Source: an uncultured virus (IMG/VR IMGVR_UViG_3300025659_000005) (Duplodnaviria > Heunggongvirae > Uroviricota > Caudoviricetes). From it: a DNA stretch of 64,000 bases. The stretch's first letter is position 1, and each line of letters starts with the position of its first letter. The notes under the pieces are model-generated. The model was not told the origin of the DNA and did no database searches. It saw only the letters and a list, made by a program, of their open reading frames with translations. The translations under genes and the position numbers were made by a program. Shown here in pieces: positions 1 to 9,705 of the stretch. The stretch is from IMG/VR virus record IMGVR_UViG_3300025659_000005. The stretch is one strand, 5' to 3'.

Positions 1-280
1 TGGAAATTGATCACCCATTATTTGTAAGCGATAATAAAGATGTTCTACAACGTAGGGCAACGATTGTTGAAATCAATAATTGTGGTGCTAAAGTAGATAA
101 ACTTTATATCAAGAACAATCAGATTTTAGGTGAGATTACTACTCTTTCAGCTTTTAAAGGACCGGATGTTGCTGGTCTTATAAATGACGGAGTAAACTTT
201 GGTTTTTCATTAAGAGCACTTGGTTCGGTTGAGCAATTAACCGACGGTACTTTGAATGTTAAACAACCAATGATCCCGAT
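1..280 (+). CDS. Prohead protease (T4 gp21-like), exon 1, 5' end outside window
   Basis: Frame from nt 3 reads EIDHP...GVNFGFSLRALGSV...KQPMIP, matching the GELDHP and G-S-R-G-L-G-S motifs of gp21-type proteases. It joins exon 2 in frame to give MIPITYDLVSNPS. Confidence 0.85.
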
Positions 281-576
281 TAATAACATAGTCGCTTCAG
301 GAAGTGATTCCTGTCGAAAATCTGGTGAATTCAGGGGAAGTCTTAACTAGTCAAAAACTAGAAGATAATCCTGAGCCAAGCCAAACATCTAAATATGTTT
401 TGGAAGGTGCAACGACTATCCCGAAAGGGAGTACACTGGAAACTATTGCCAGTGGAAGCGCCAGACATCTGTAATTTATGTATAATTATAGATGATGATA
501 TAGTCTATTCTATATAGAAATATATAGCTGACACTTTTGTCGGGTAAGAACTAGTGATTCTTGCTGAATATAAAAG
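281..576 (+). ncRNA. Group I intron (no ORF) in prohead protease gene
   Basis: P1: exon CGAT pairs with GTCG, giving a U.G pair at the splice site. Core elements GGTGAATTCAGGGGAA, AATCCTGAGCCAAG, AACGACTA and GATATAGTC (P7) are present, with P3 TCTGG/CCAGA and terminal G576. Removal restores the reading frame. Confidence 0.9.
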
Positions 577-826
577 TACTTACGATCTTGTTTCAAACCC
601 TAGCTACAGTAATGCTAGGATATTAGAGTTATTACCAGAGAGTCTAAATGATTTTATTAGTCCTGACCAGACACTTTTATACGAAGATACTGATGAACTA
701 AGAGAATTTATGGAGACAGAAAAGGTGCAAGTAACGAATTATAACGATGTTGCATTATTTCTTGATCAAGTTCTCAGTGAAAGCTATCGCGACATAATCG
801 CAAAGAAAATTATGTTTAAACTATAA
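577..826 (+). CDS. Prohead protease, exon 2
   Basis: TYDLVSNPSYSNA matches the D-x-V-x-x-P-S motif of prohead proteases. The ORF-track start at 554 lies inside the intron. Confidence 0.85.
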
Positions 827-872
827 ACACCCATATATATATAAATTATATATTTTAAAGGAGTATTTTTTT

Positions 873-2326
873 ATGGATAACCTGTTTGAAAATTATGAAT
901 TGTTTTTACGTGAGCACTCAAACGATATTACTTCTCCCAGTGATGCTATTAAATTGATTGCGGATAAGAGTATGTTTGAAAGTTATGTTGCAGCACTGAC
1001 TGATAGCCTCGAACCTAAGGTTCGTGCAAGTGTTGTTAACATTTGTAACCGTCAACGTAGTATGCTTCTAACTGAAGCCGCTAATGTTCCTGCCGCACAG
1101 TTTGGTTTTGGTTGGACAGTCTTATCCTTACCTATCCTCGTAGATATATATTCAGAGCCGCTAATTGCCGAGCTTTGTAATGTTTATACTACCGATAGCC
1201 CAATCGCATCCATTCCTTATGCGAAGATTTATGCAACCACAACTAACTATGATGGAACTACATCTGAAAAACGTATTCCTATTAACTCTAGTGGTCTGGT
1301 TCGTGCAAATTTGGTAACACAGGCTATTCCTCCTGCAGAACCTTATAACATTCTGACTGAGACCTTTCCTACTACTTCTGCTAGTTTTAGAATGAATCGT
1401 CGTTATCTGAATGTGACTTCCATCAGTATTACAGCTACTGCCTCCGGTGGTGGAACTGTTGATAGAACTATTACTTGTAATTTCCGTCCTGACAATAGAT
1501 CACAGATTCTGGATACTTTTACATTCTTAGCAAATGATAGTGCTATTATTGAGTGTACATTCCAAGGTCATGTGAATTGGGATACAGGATCTATTTTCTA
1601 TAACATCGTTGTTGATGATGAAAATAGTACAACTGATACATCATTTACCATTAACACTGCTACTTTCAACTTTAGGTTTACTCCCATTACTTCTATGGTT
1701 GGTAGAACCAAAGTAACACCTAAGGTAGAAATGACTGATGTAACAATTGATCAGGGCGAAGATTTCTTGCTTGACCTGCCCGTCGAAGATATTCAGGACT
1801 ATAAGAGCATATTCAAGATCGATCTTGCACGTCTGTTGAGTGAAGCAATTAAACAACAGATCATGCTTAATAAAGATTACGATCTGTCTTATTTCCTACA
1901 GGGTGCGCAGACTGATATTAATACTAATGGTGCTCAGGTAACTGTTGATTTTGATAAGTACACTCAATCAGCAACTACTTTGAATTATGCTCCTACTAAC
2001 ATTCTTGACGTTTTCAAGAATATCTCTCCGAAGATCGCTTATGTAATGGGTATGATTCGTAAGAATTTTAATATGTATCCAAGTTACATGGTTACTGGTT
2101 TGAACACAGCAAGTATGCTTCGTTCACTTCAGGATATGGCAGTTTCTATGCCAGGTCTACAGGGTGATGTTGGTTTTTCAGGTTCCATGGCAAATTTCTT
2201 GAAGTTAAAGATTCTTGAGTCTGTTACTATTCCTGATGATGACATTTATCTGTCAACTAAGGCACCGGCTAATGCTCTTGAGAATTCAACAATTCTTGAT
2301 TTGATTTACAAACCTCTTTACGTCGT
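873..2326 (+). CDS. Probable major capsid protein, exon 1
   Basis: Large ORF directly after the prohead protease, with a GGAG SD and a strong terminator after exon 2. Spliced length is about 526 aa. The call rests mostly on position and size. Confidence 0.7.
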
Positions 2327-3517
2327 TAACTAATAGCGACTTTCACCAGTGATGGTGATCGAAAACCCAGTGAATTCAGGGAAACTCTGACCGGGTTGAT
2401 GCAAACCTAGAAGACAATCCTGAGCCAAGTTTCTAAAGACTGCTAATCTTTAGTTGAAGGTGCAACGACTATCCCGAAAGGGAGTACACTCCATGCGGAG
2501 TGGAAGCGCTGGGCATCTGATTTGAATATCCCGTAAATATATTACGGGGAGACAGGGTTTGGCCACCTTGGTAGATACTGCTATTATCTATCTAATCCCC
2601 ACCAATTTAATTACCTTATAGCAGAGGTTAAATTATGAAAGTTATAGTTGATCGAGCAATATGTACACATAAAGATTGTCATTTAAAAGGACAGTTGCAA
2701 CCAGCATCAAATTTTCACAAATCTTCAAGTAGTAGAAATGGATTAAATAATTATTGTAAAGATTGTATTAGAAAAGGTAATAAAAAGTATAAAAAAGAAC
2801 ACAAAGATGAAATTAAAAAGTATGAACAAGAACATAAAGAAATGAGAAGACAGATTCAATATAATTGTAATCATAGAAATGCATATTATGATACTTATGC
2901 AAGTCAATTAGAACCATATTATAATGTTCGGCGAGATCCGGAAGATAATCAATTTATACAAGTTAGTTGTGATAATTGTGACAAATTGTTTACACCTAAG
3001 AATAATGAAGTAAAGAATCGATTAGCGTCGATAAATGGTTTAAAAGGTAAACAAGGTGAATCACGATTATATTGTTCAGAAGAGTGTAAATTATTGTGTC
3101 CAGTATATAATCAAACTAAATATTTAAAGTTTCAAAAAACTAAGAGTAGTTATAGAGAACTTCAATATCAATTACGAACAATGGTTTTAAAAAGAGATGA
3201 AAATACTTGTCAAATATGTGGAGCAACAAATTGTCGATTAATTTGTCATCATATGACAGGTGTTGAAATAAATCCTATTGAAAGTGCAGATATTGATAAT
3301 AGTATTACTCTTTGTCAGAAATGTGAATTACATGTTCATACTCTTCCTGGATGTAGGAGAGTAGATATGAGATGTAGCAAATAATTGAATTAGCAATTCA
3401 ATAAAGTTTAGGGATAAACTATAAAATCAGATGGTGATATAGTCTCGTCTATGCAGAAATGTATAGCAGAGGTTTTATACCTCGGGTTAGATCTAGCGAT
3501 TCTAACCGAAGATCACG
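2327..3517 (+). mobile_element. Group I intron carrying an HNH homing endonuclease in P8
   Basis: P1 GTCGT/GCGAC with a U.G splice pair, and a core closely matching the first intron (GTGAATTCAGGGAA, AATCCTGAGCCAAG, GAAGGTGCAACGACTATCCCGAAAGGGAGTAC, GATATAGTC). P3 covaries (CCCAG/CTGGG) and P8 CATCTGATTT/AAATCAGATG flanks the ORF. The 3' G is at 3517 (3520 is an in-frame alternative). Confidence 0.88.
2635..3384 (+). CDS. Intron-encoded HNH homing endonuclease
   Basis: C-terminal RDENTCQICG...CHH...NSITLCQKCELHVH HNH motif, with N-terminal Cys-rich Zn modules. Confidence 0.85.
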   Translation: MKVIVDRAICTHKDCHLKGQLQPASNFHKSSSSRNGLNNYCKDCIRKGNKKYKKEHKDEIKKYEQEHKEMRRQIQYNCNHRNAYYDTYASQLEPYYNVRRDPEDNQFIQVSCDNCDKLFTPKNNEVKNRLASINGLKGKQGESRLYCSEECKLLCPVYNQTKYLKFQKTKSSYRELQYQLRTMVLKRDENTCQICGATNCRLICHHMTGVEINPIESADIDNSITLCQKCELHVHTLPGCRRVDMRCSK

Positions 3518-3644
3518 TAGCGAAACAACTGACGGTAATACACGTAATTTCGTAAGATCAAGAACCATGATTGAAATTTCAAGAACTGAAGGTCTTGGTT
3601 ACATCAAGTGTGAAAATCTTGAATCAGTTTTTACAACTGACTAA
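3518..3644 (+). CDS. Probable major capsid protein, exon 2
   Basis: In-frame junction LYVV|SETTDGNTRNFVRSRT...TTD*. Confidence 0.75.
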
Positions 3645-3663
3645 TTAGTAACTAGTAATAAGT

Positions 3664-3700
3664 AAATTGGGAGTCTCCGTAATTGGAGATTCCCAATTTT
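3664..3700 (+). terminator. Intrinsic terminator
   Basis: AAATTGGGAGTCTCC / GGAGATTCCCAATTT hairpin ending in a T-run. Confidence 0.8.
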
Positions 3701-3711
3701 AAAGAAAATAA

Positions 3712-4635
3712 TTGGAGGCAATTAACTTGTTAGATAATTCTTTTTTAAGTATAGCAAATTCTATTAGAGATATCAAAAAGACAGAAGTTGTTTTACCTAT
3801 AGCTAGAAAAAGTGCTTTGGTGACACCGTTTTTATTGGGTGAGCACGAAGTTTTAAAGACAGCAATTCTGTCACCGCAGAATTATGATCGTGAATTAATA
3901 AAGACACTTCACAAGCACCAAGTACTCATTGAGAAAGATGATGAAGGAAGTATGACTAATGAAGTAAAATTAAATTATGATGATTTTGTTTCAAAAATTA
4001 GTAACATAGATAAAGTTATGCTTCTTTGGGCATGTTACAGATCTACATATGATAATATTGGTGTGCGTAAAGTCAAGTGTCCGAAGTGTGAAACTGAATC
4101 TAAATACAAGATCACTTTAGACGAGTTAATTCAACATGACAGTATGTTAGTCTGGGAAGATGATACAATTCCTTTCTATGAATATAATTATAGTATTGAA
4201 GTAGAATATGATATATATAAATATGTTTTTACTTCAAGAATACCAACAATAAAAAGATACAATCAGATATTAGGTATGATACCTATAGAAAAGATAAAAG
4301 AAAATCTTGAATCAAATAATGTGTTATCAAGGTCTGAAGAATTAGCTATGTTAACTTCACAAATTATCATTCAAAAAGGTGATGAAGAGATAGCTAAGAC
4401 TAATAGTATTCAAGAAATTCTAGTATTTTATAATACAGCTTTACCGTCATCAGTATCTGAAGAATTCCAATTTCAATATAATGAAAGATTTGAAAAATAT
4501 CTACCAAAGCTTTATACTATGCTATCTTGTGCCGAGCCTAATTGCGGTAATGAGATTCGATATGATGTAGATATTGAAACAGAATTTTTTCGCAGAGTAT
4601 TACTTGGTAGAGAACTCGTGGAAGAAAAACTATGA
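3712..4635 (+). CDS. Baseplate hub assembly protein (T4 gp26-like), putative
   Basis: CPKC motif in the middle and a C-terminal Cys pair; context among structural genes; followed by a short gp51-like ORF. Confidence 0.5.
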   Translation: MEAINLLDNSFLSIANSIRDIKKTEVVLPIARKSALVTPFLLGEHEVLKTAILSPQNYDRELIKTLHKHQVLIEKDDEGSMTNEVKLNYDDFVSKISNIDKVMLLWACYRSTYDNIGVRKVKCPKCETESKYKITLDELIQHDSMLVWEDDTIPFYEYNYSIEVEYDIYKYVFTSRIPTIKRYNQILGMIPIEKIKENLESNNVLSRSEELAMLTSQIIIQKGDEEIAKTNSIQEILVFYNTALPSSVSEEFQFQYNERFEKYLPKLYTMLSCAEPNCGNEIRYDVDIETEFFRRVLLGRELVEEKL

Positions 4636-4819
4636 TTATTTTGTTGACTTATACGTCCAAATAAAAGAATTGTATGAACACATGACGTTAGTTGACATAA
4701 TCAGTCTTAGTGAAATACCATATCCAATTTTTAATGATGTGATATTGAAACAGATTGAAAGTAACAAACGTGAAACAAAACGATTGGGCAATATGAGTCA
4801 ACAAACAAATAAGAGATAA
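4574..4819 (+). CDS. Small baseplate assembly protein (gp51-like), putative
   Basis: Short ORF overlapping the preceding gene, with an SLSEIPYP pattern; synteny. Confidence 0.35.
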   Translation: MKQNFFAEYYLVENSWKKNYDYFVDLYVQIKELYEHMTLVDIISLSEIPYPIFNDVILKQIESNKRETKRLGNMSQQTNKR

Positions 4820-4827
4820 TTCACGAA

Positions 4828-5361
4828 ATGACTATTAATTTAGAGTCTTTGCCGCTAGAAATATATGATAAAATACCACTTAATATTAAAACATATAAAA
4901 AAGAATATGAACTATCAGAATTACCAAAAGACATACAAAAACTCATAAGCTCATTTCATAAAGAAGAAACTATTAATTATAAAGAAACTGTTTATGAGTT
5001 TGAACCCATTATTTCAGAGTTTGGCGATTTTAATGCTATTAATAATCTAAAAGAACTAGTTTTGAAATATGCAATGAACTATTTATATACTATGAAAGGA
5101 GATTATCCTTTTAATGGTAGTGTAGGAAGTAATGTTAAAAAGTTCATTCAAAAGAAAGATACTACGCTCCAGAGACTTTACCTTACAGAAGAATTATCTA
5201 ATATGGTAACTAGTTTCGCAACGACAGTTGATAAGAGTATTAAGATCCAAAACTTTAATGTTTATAAAAGTTCAAACACGACTGTTGTTGAATATAATTT
5301 GGTACTATCTTTAATTGTTGATGGAGAACCAACTAATTTTAATACTAGTTTTGTTTTATAA
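4828..5361 (+). CDS. Baseplate wedge protein (gp25-like), putative
   Basis: YLYTMKGDYPFNGSVGSNV resembles the T-x-x-G-E-R-x-x-x-P-x-F-G motif of gp25. Confidence 0.55.
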   Translation: MTINLESLPLEIYDKIPLNIKTYKKEYELSELPKDIQKLISSFHKEETINYKETVYEFEPIISEFGDFNAINNLKELVLKYAMNYLYTMKGDYPFNGSVGSNVKKFIQKKDTTLQRLYLTEELSNMVTSFATTVDKSIKIQNFNVYKSSNTTVVEYNLVLSLIVDGEPTNFNTSFVL

Positions 5362-5387
5362 GTCTAAAACGTGGGGTAAGATCTGGA
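5362..5387 (+). repeat. Gene-junction repeat copy
   Basis: GTCTAAAACGTGGGGTAAGATCTGGA immediately after the stop codon of 4828..5361. Confidence 0.85.
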
Positions 5388-5455
5388 TGAATAATTAAAA
5401 AAAGATTTCCCCACACCAACTACTGTAATAGTAGAAGGTGTAGGAAAATTAGTTA

Positions 5456-6307
5456 TTAGTTTTCTAGAGATTTGCCGATAACAGCAACATTGAGGTCTTT
5501 GGTATCTTCAAAGGAATACTCGAACCTCAATAGACCACTGTTAAAATCATGTTGGTTTAGAAATTGCTTCAATCCATCCAATTTCAAGAATACTACAGAT
5601 CGTTTGTTAGCAATCGTAATACTGAAAAATGGAAAAACGGGACTAATATTGTGGATCAGATTATTCAGATCCGTTTTATTGGTGACCCCGCAATAAAGTC
5701 GGGAAAAGTCTGTAACTGTTAAATACAGTACAGCTTTTTCTTTCTCGATTACAGCTAAACCAAAACCATTGACAAAGAAAATCGGAAATACTTTCAAATT
5801 CTTCGTCATAAATTCAATCTTTGTTGTTTGGTTCAAGTTGGTGCCGATGGGCTCAATGGCTTCAATAACCATTCTGTCATCAATACTAATCATCTTATCT
5901 CCATCTTCATCAATTACTTTTGATAGAAAATGAATCCAACCGCTGTCGGCATTTTCTGGGAAAAATTCTGGTGTGAACTTTCCAACACAATCAAAATGGA
6001 TCAGACCGTCTTCGACCAGATATTTTGACATGTTTTCACTGTCTTCGTACATCTTTTCGACTCGGAAGAGCCGATTGTACGGGACAACCATATCCGAATC
6101 AAATTCATCTTCAGACAATCGTTTCCATGGGGAAACAATTGCGCTTAATGTTGAAGAAAATCTTTTTCGGAAAAGAAATTGTTCTTCGTAAACAAGAACT
6201 TGTAAATTGTTCTTGTTTGGTTTTCTTACATACTGCTTTCGTTGATCTTTTTCTGGTTGAAGTTTTGGTTGAGTCTTTTGTTCAGTAGTAGTCTCTACAG
6301 TTTCCAT
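5456..6307 (-). CDS. Hypothetical protein
   Basis: 283-aa ORF with a GGAGG SD and its own copy of the promoter motif. Confidence 0.8.
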   Translation of the reverse strand: METVETTTEQKTQPKLQPEKDQRKQYVRKPNKNNLQVLVYEEQFLFRKRFSSTLSAIVSPWKRLSEDEFDSDMVVPYNRLFRVEKMYEDSENMSKYLVEDGLIHFDCVGKFTPEFFPENADSGWIHFLSKVIDEDGDKMISIDDRMVIEAIEPIGTNLNQTTKIEFMTKNLKVFPIFFVNGFGLAVIEKEKAVLYLTVTDFSRLYCGVTNKTDLNNLIHNISPVFPFFSITIANKRSVVFLKLDGLKQFLNQHDFNSGLLRFEYSFEDTKDLNVAVIGKSLEN

Positions 6308-6374
6308 AATGTCGAACCTCCAAATAAAATAAATAAATAAATAAATAGTAACATCACTATGATGCTATTGTTTA

Positions 6375-6399
6375 TATTATTTCTATATTAAAATGGAGA
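6375..6399 (-). promoter_or_regulatory. Conserved phage promoter-like motif (copy 1 of 7)
   Basis: Minus strand TCTCCATTTTAATATAGAAATAATA upstream of 6307. Confidence 0.7.
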
Positions 6400-6438
6400 T
6401 TATTAAAATTTAAATTAATAGAAATATAGAGGAAATAG

Positions 6439-7410
6439 ATGCAAAATAGTTTATCGGATCCTTTTCTGATATCACAATATCATAAGGAATATCTCACACT
6501 GATCAATCATTATGATAATTTTAAAAGACCTGGAATGTTTATCCGATATTATAATATCAATTATCATGAATCCGATAGACACCCAGTAGTAGAATCAACT
6601 TTTGATTTATATTCACTATCAAATATTAATTTTAATATATATGAGCTGACTCCTGTCTATAATATAGCACCCGTTATGAATTCAACTACTTTTCTATCAG
6701 ATAAGAAGGGGCAGATATATGATGGGGTCAGTTCAATTACTATTTATACTATTCAAACACCACATGTGAATGATCTAGTGACATTTTACGATCCAGTTAA
6801 ATCTGGTGAAATATTTCGAGTGATGAATATCAGAACTAGTATAAATGCTTATTATTCAGAACCTAATCTAACGTGGTACGAAATGGATTTAGAAGTCGCA
6901 CCAATTAAAGATACGAGTGCTTTGAAAGTATCTAATCATTATATTTATGATTTGCATCAAGAGAAATATCATAATTATACTGACTATACAACTAAGATGA
7001 CTTTCATTGAAACAGTTAATAGCATGATCTCACAAATCCGACAATTTTATGGTCGTAATCATGATCTTTATAAAGCAGATGATTTAGTACCACTAATTTC
7101 AAATAATACAATCACCAATTTTAAAGATATCACTACCACAGATGATAATTATGTTCGAGTATTTAATGATTTAGAAAAACCTTATGGACTTTCAGATCTT
7201 CTTAATACAATAAGTTTAGCAGATGAATCTTTTGTGATAAATGATATTGTTTATGATTATGATGCATTAGTGTTAGATGTTTATAATTTAACCACTAGTG
7301 AAATGGAAGAGTATACGTGGGATCAAAATGAAGAGTCTGATTTAAATACTCTTTTAACTCTGACTAGAAATCTAAAGGTTTTAATTGATAGTAATTCACA
7401 ATATTTTTAG
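6439..7410 (+). CDS. Putative virion structural protein
   Basis: 323-aa ORF in the structural cluster; no diagnostic motif. Confidence 0.5.
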   Translation: MQNSLSDPFLISQYHKEYLTLINHYDNFKRPGMFIRYYNINYHESDRHPVVESTFDLYSLSNINFNIYELTPVYNIAPVMNSTTFLSDKKGQIYDGVSSITIYTIQTPHVNDLVTFYDPVKSGEIFRVMNIRTSINAYYSEPNLTWYEMDLEVAPIKDTSALKVSNHYIYDLHQEKYHNYTDYTTKMTFIETVNSMISQIRQFYGRNHDLYKADDLVPLISNNTITNFKDITTTDDNYVRVFNDLEKPYGLSDLLNTISLADESFVINDIVYDYDALVLDVYNLTTSEMEEYTWDQNEESDLNTLLTLTRNLKVLIDSNSQYF

Positions 7411-7426
7411 AGAGGGGTGGTTATAG

Positions 7427-8932
7427 ATGGATACAAACAATTTTTTTGATACGTTTGTTAAAAATCATCCTTTATATCAAGTAGATAAAAGCTTTATGGT
7501 TTTGATAGATAATTTTCGTGATGTTTTTTTAAATGAAACATACGAAATTTTACCAGAACTGTTTAAAGATCTTTATGAAAAAGGTGAAATACCATCAGAC
7601 GTATATGATCAAGTTTTAATTGATTGCGGAGTTTCTCAACTACTTTTAAATGAGCTTACGACATTAGAAAAGAAAATTTTTATTAATACACTTACAGATT
7701 TTCAGAAGTATAAATCAACAGTTAGTTTAACCGAAAGTGTGATTAAAGCGTATGGTAATAATTTTGAAGCTTATGAATTATATGTTGATTATAATACTAC
7801 TCGTGGTAGGTGGGAATGTAAACCATATCCGATATATAAACCAGATTATAATGATGGATTTACAAGAACAATTTCATATCGAGCAGTTTATGAAAGTGTT
7901 CCAACACTGTTGATACATGAAAATCAATTGGATTTAATGCGTCAACAGAATCTTGCCGCTTTCCCGTTAAAAACAAACATAGTGTTCATATCAAGTAACT
8001 ACAATCAATCTATTACTAGTTATTTACAAAATCTAATAATATCTGTTTTTTATAATACTTATTATGATACAACAATAGATATTAATTTTCAAGATGCTAC
8101 TTTTAATGTTTCTTTACATACATTCTTATTAATCTGGTTATATCTAATATTTAATAAAACTACGTCTGAAGTTATTAATTTATCTGGAATAAATATTAAT
8201 TTTAGTTTAGATCAATTAACAATATCAATTGATGATTTAGATGATATACTTGATGAATATGAACAACTTGGTACTAGTACACTTTCTAGAATTTTTAGTG
8301 AAGATACAATAGAAACAGATTTTGATAATTTCTATTATAAATATATTTATCCATTAAAAACGGAAATAAAATCAACTAGTACAACATTAGATAAAGATCA
8401 ATTAAGTATTTTAATAAAAGCTACAGATCCTATTTTACTTGATTATTTAGATGAAAAAATTGGAGATACTAGTACTAATATTAGTAATGTAGCAATATTA
8501 ATAGGAGACTTGGTAAAATCAGTTGAAGATTATAAGAAAACAAGTACTGATGTTAATTTTGTTAAGTATTTTAGTTATTTTAAAAGCTTTTTACCTACAA
8601 TTGATTTTTTACCTGAACAAAATACAGTATATAAAATACTTTATTATGTTAAACCTTTTCATACTGAGTTTTTAGACTTAAATGATTTGTCGATGATTTA
8701 TTCGAATGATAAATTTAATAATCTTTATTTTAAAATATTTTGTCGCCAAGGTTTGCTTTCTAATCATAGTGATCATATTAGTCCAGAAGAGTTTTACTAT
8801 TCATTATATTTAGAGAAAGGATTTAGTGACATAGCATTAATCAGTGCTAAAATGGGAAGTGGATTTCAAGATCAGTATGAAGATTCTTTTGATTTATCGG
8901 ATGATTTTATTTTACTTTTTACACCTGACTAA
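7427..8932 (+). CDS. Putative baseplate/structural protein
   Basis: 501-aa ORF with a late KPFH motif of the kind seen in baseplate wedge proteins; context. Confidence 0.45.
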   Translation: MDTNNFFDTFVKNHPLYQVDKSFMVLIDNFRDVFLNETYEILPELFKDLYEKGEIPSDVYDQVLIDCGVSQLLLNELTTLEKKIFINTLTDFQKYKSTVSLTESVIKAYGNNFEAYELYVDYNTTRGRWECKPYPIYKPDYNDGFTRTISYRAVYESVPTLLIHENQLDLMRQQNLAAFPLKTNIVFISSNYNQSITSYLQNLIISVFYNTYYDTTIDINFQDATFNVSLHTFLLIWLYLIFNKTTSEVINLSGININFSLDQLTISIDDLDDILDEYEQLGTSTLSRIFSEDTIETDFDNFYYKYIYPLKTEIKSTSTTLDKDQLSILIKATDPILLDYLDEKIGDTSTNISNVAILIGDLVKSVEDYKKTSTDVNFVKYFSYFKSFLPTIDFLPEQNTVYKILYYVKPFHTEFLDLNDLSMIYSNDKFNNLYFKIFCRQGLLSNHSDHISPEEFYYSLYLEKGFSDIALISAKMGSGFQDQYEDSFDLSDDFILLFTPD

Positions 8933-8963
8933 GTTATAGACTATTAGGATAGAGATATTAATT

Positions 8964-9674
8964 ATGCAAATAATTTCAGATCGTGATATAATTTTTGAAA
9001 AACTACAAAAGGAAAGAATAAAAAGAGGACATCCAGTTGGTTGGTTTCAATTTTATGAAGATGATAAGTTAATTTATGAAAATCATAATCTTGTTGTTGG
9101 TACAGGAAGAGAATATTTAGCACAAAAAGTAACATCAATAACAAGTGTAACCTCTGGAACTTCAGGGACTACAGATTTTCGTGATTATGATTTAACTCAC
9201 TATGCATTTGGTGCCGGTGGAGCAACTACTGATGGTTTAACATATACTTTACTTGGTCCAGATGTTTGTGATGAAAGTCTAGAAGTACCTATTGGTTTTA
9301 ATATAACTGGATTTTTAGATGAACCAAGTGAATATACAGAAGGGTCTGCTGATATATATGATTATATAAAAGCTGTTAAACCAATTGTTTATCCATCTGG
9401 AAATAATACTTATGAATGTGCAGTGAGGGATTACCCAACAGATGACCCAGATTGTTCTTATTTTACTCAAACAATTTTGACAATTTATAAAGAGGCTGGA
9501 GAATTTGATCTTTTAGAAACAGGTGCTGCTGTTCCTGTTTCAGAAGCAGGTCTTTATATAACAAATACTGGTGTTGGTGGTACTGACGCTAGACTTTTTG
9601 CTAGAATATGTTTTCCACCAAAATTTATGGAAATGGAAGCACAATATGGTATTGAATGGTATATACTAGCTTAA
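8964..9674 (+). CDS. Putative tail/baseplate-associated protein
   Basis: ENHNLVVGTGREYLA and C-terminal SEAGLY...LFARICF patterns typical of tail-fibre attachment domains. Confidence 0.55.
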   Translation: MQIISDRDIIFEKLQKERIKRGHPVGWFQFYEDDKLIYENHNLVVGTGREYLAQKVTSITSVTSGTSGTTDFRDYDLTHYAFGAGGATTDGLTYTLLGPDVCDESLEVPIGFNITGFLDEPSEYTEGSADIYDYIKAVKPIVYPSGNNTYECAVRDYPTDDPDCSYFTQTILTIYKEAGEFDLLETGAAVPVSEAGLYITNTGVGGTDARLFARICFPPKFMEMEAQYGIEWYILA

Positions 9675-9705
9675 TTATTAATATACAATTAGAGAGGTTA
9701 TATTT

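Noticed and set aside
510..527. ATATAGAAATA resembling the promoter core
   Set aside because: It is the intron P9 hairpin (CTATATA-GAAA-TATATAG) and lacks the rest of the motif.
554..826. ORF-track 90-aa protein as an independent gene
   Set aside because: Its start lies inside the intron; it is exon 2 of the protease.
3459..3644. ORF-track 61-aa protein as an independent gene
   Set aside because: The first ~20 codons are intron sequence; the rest is capsid exon 2.
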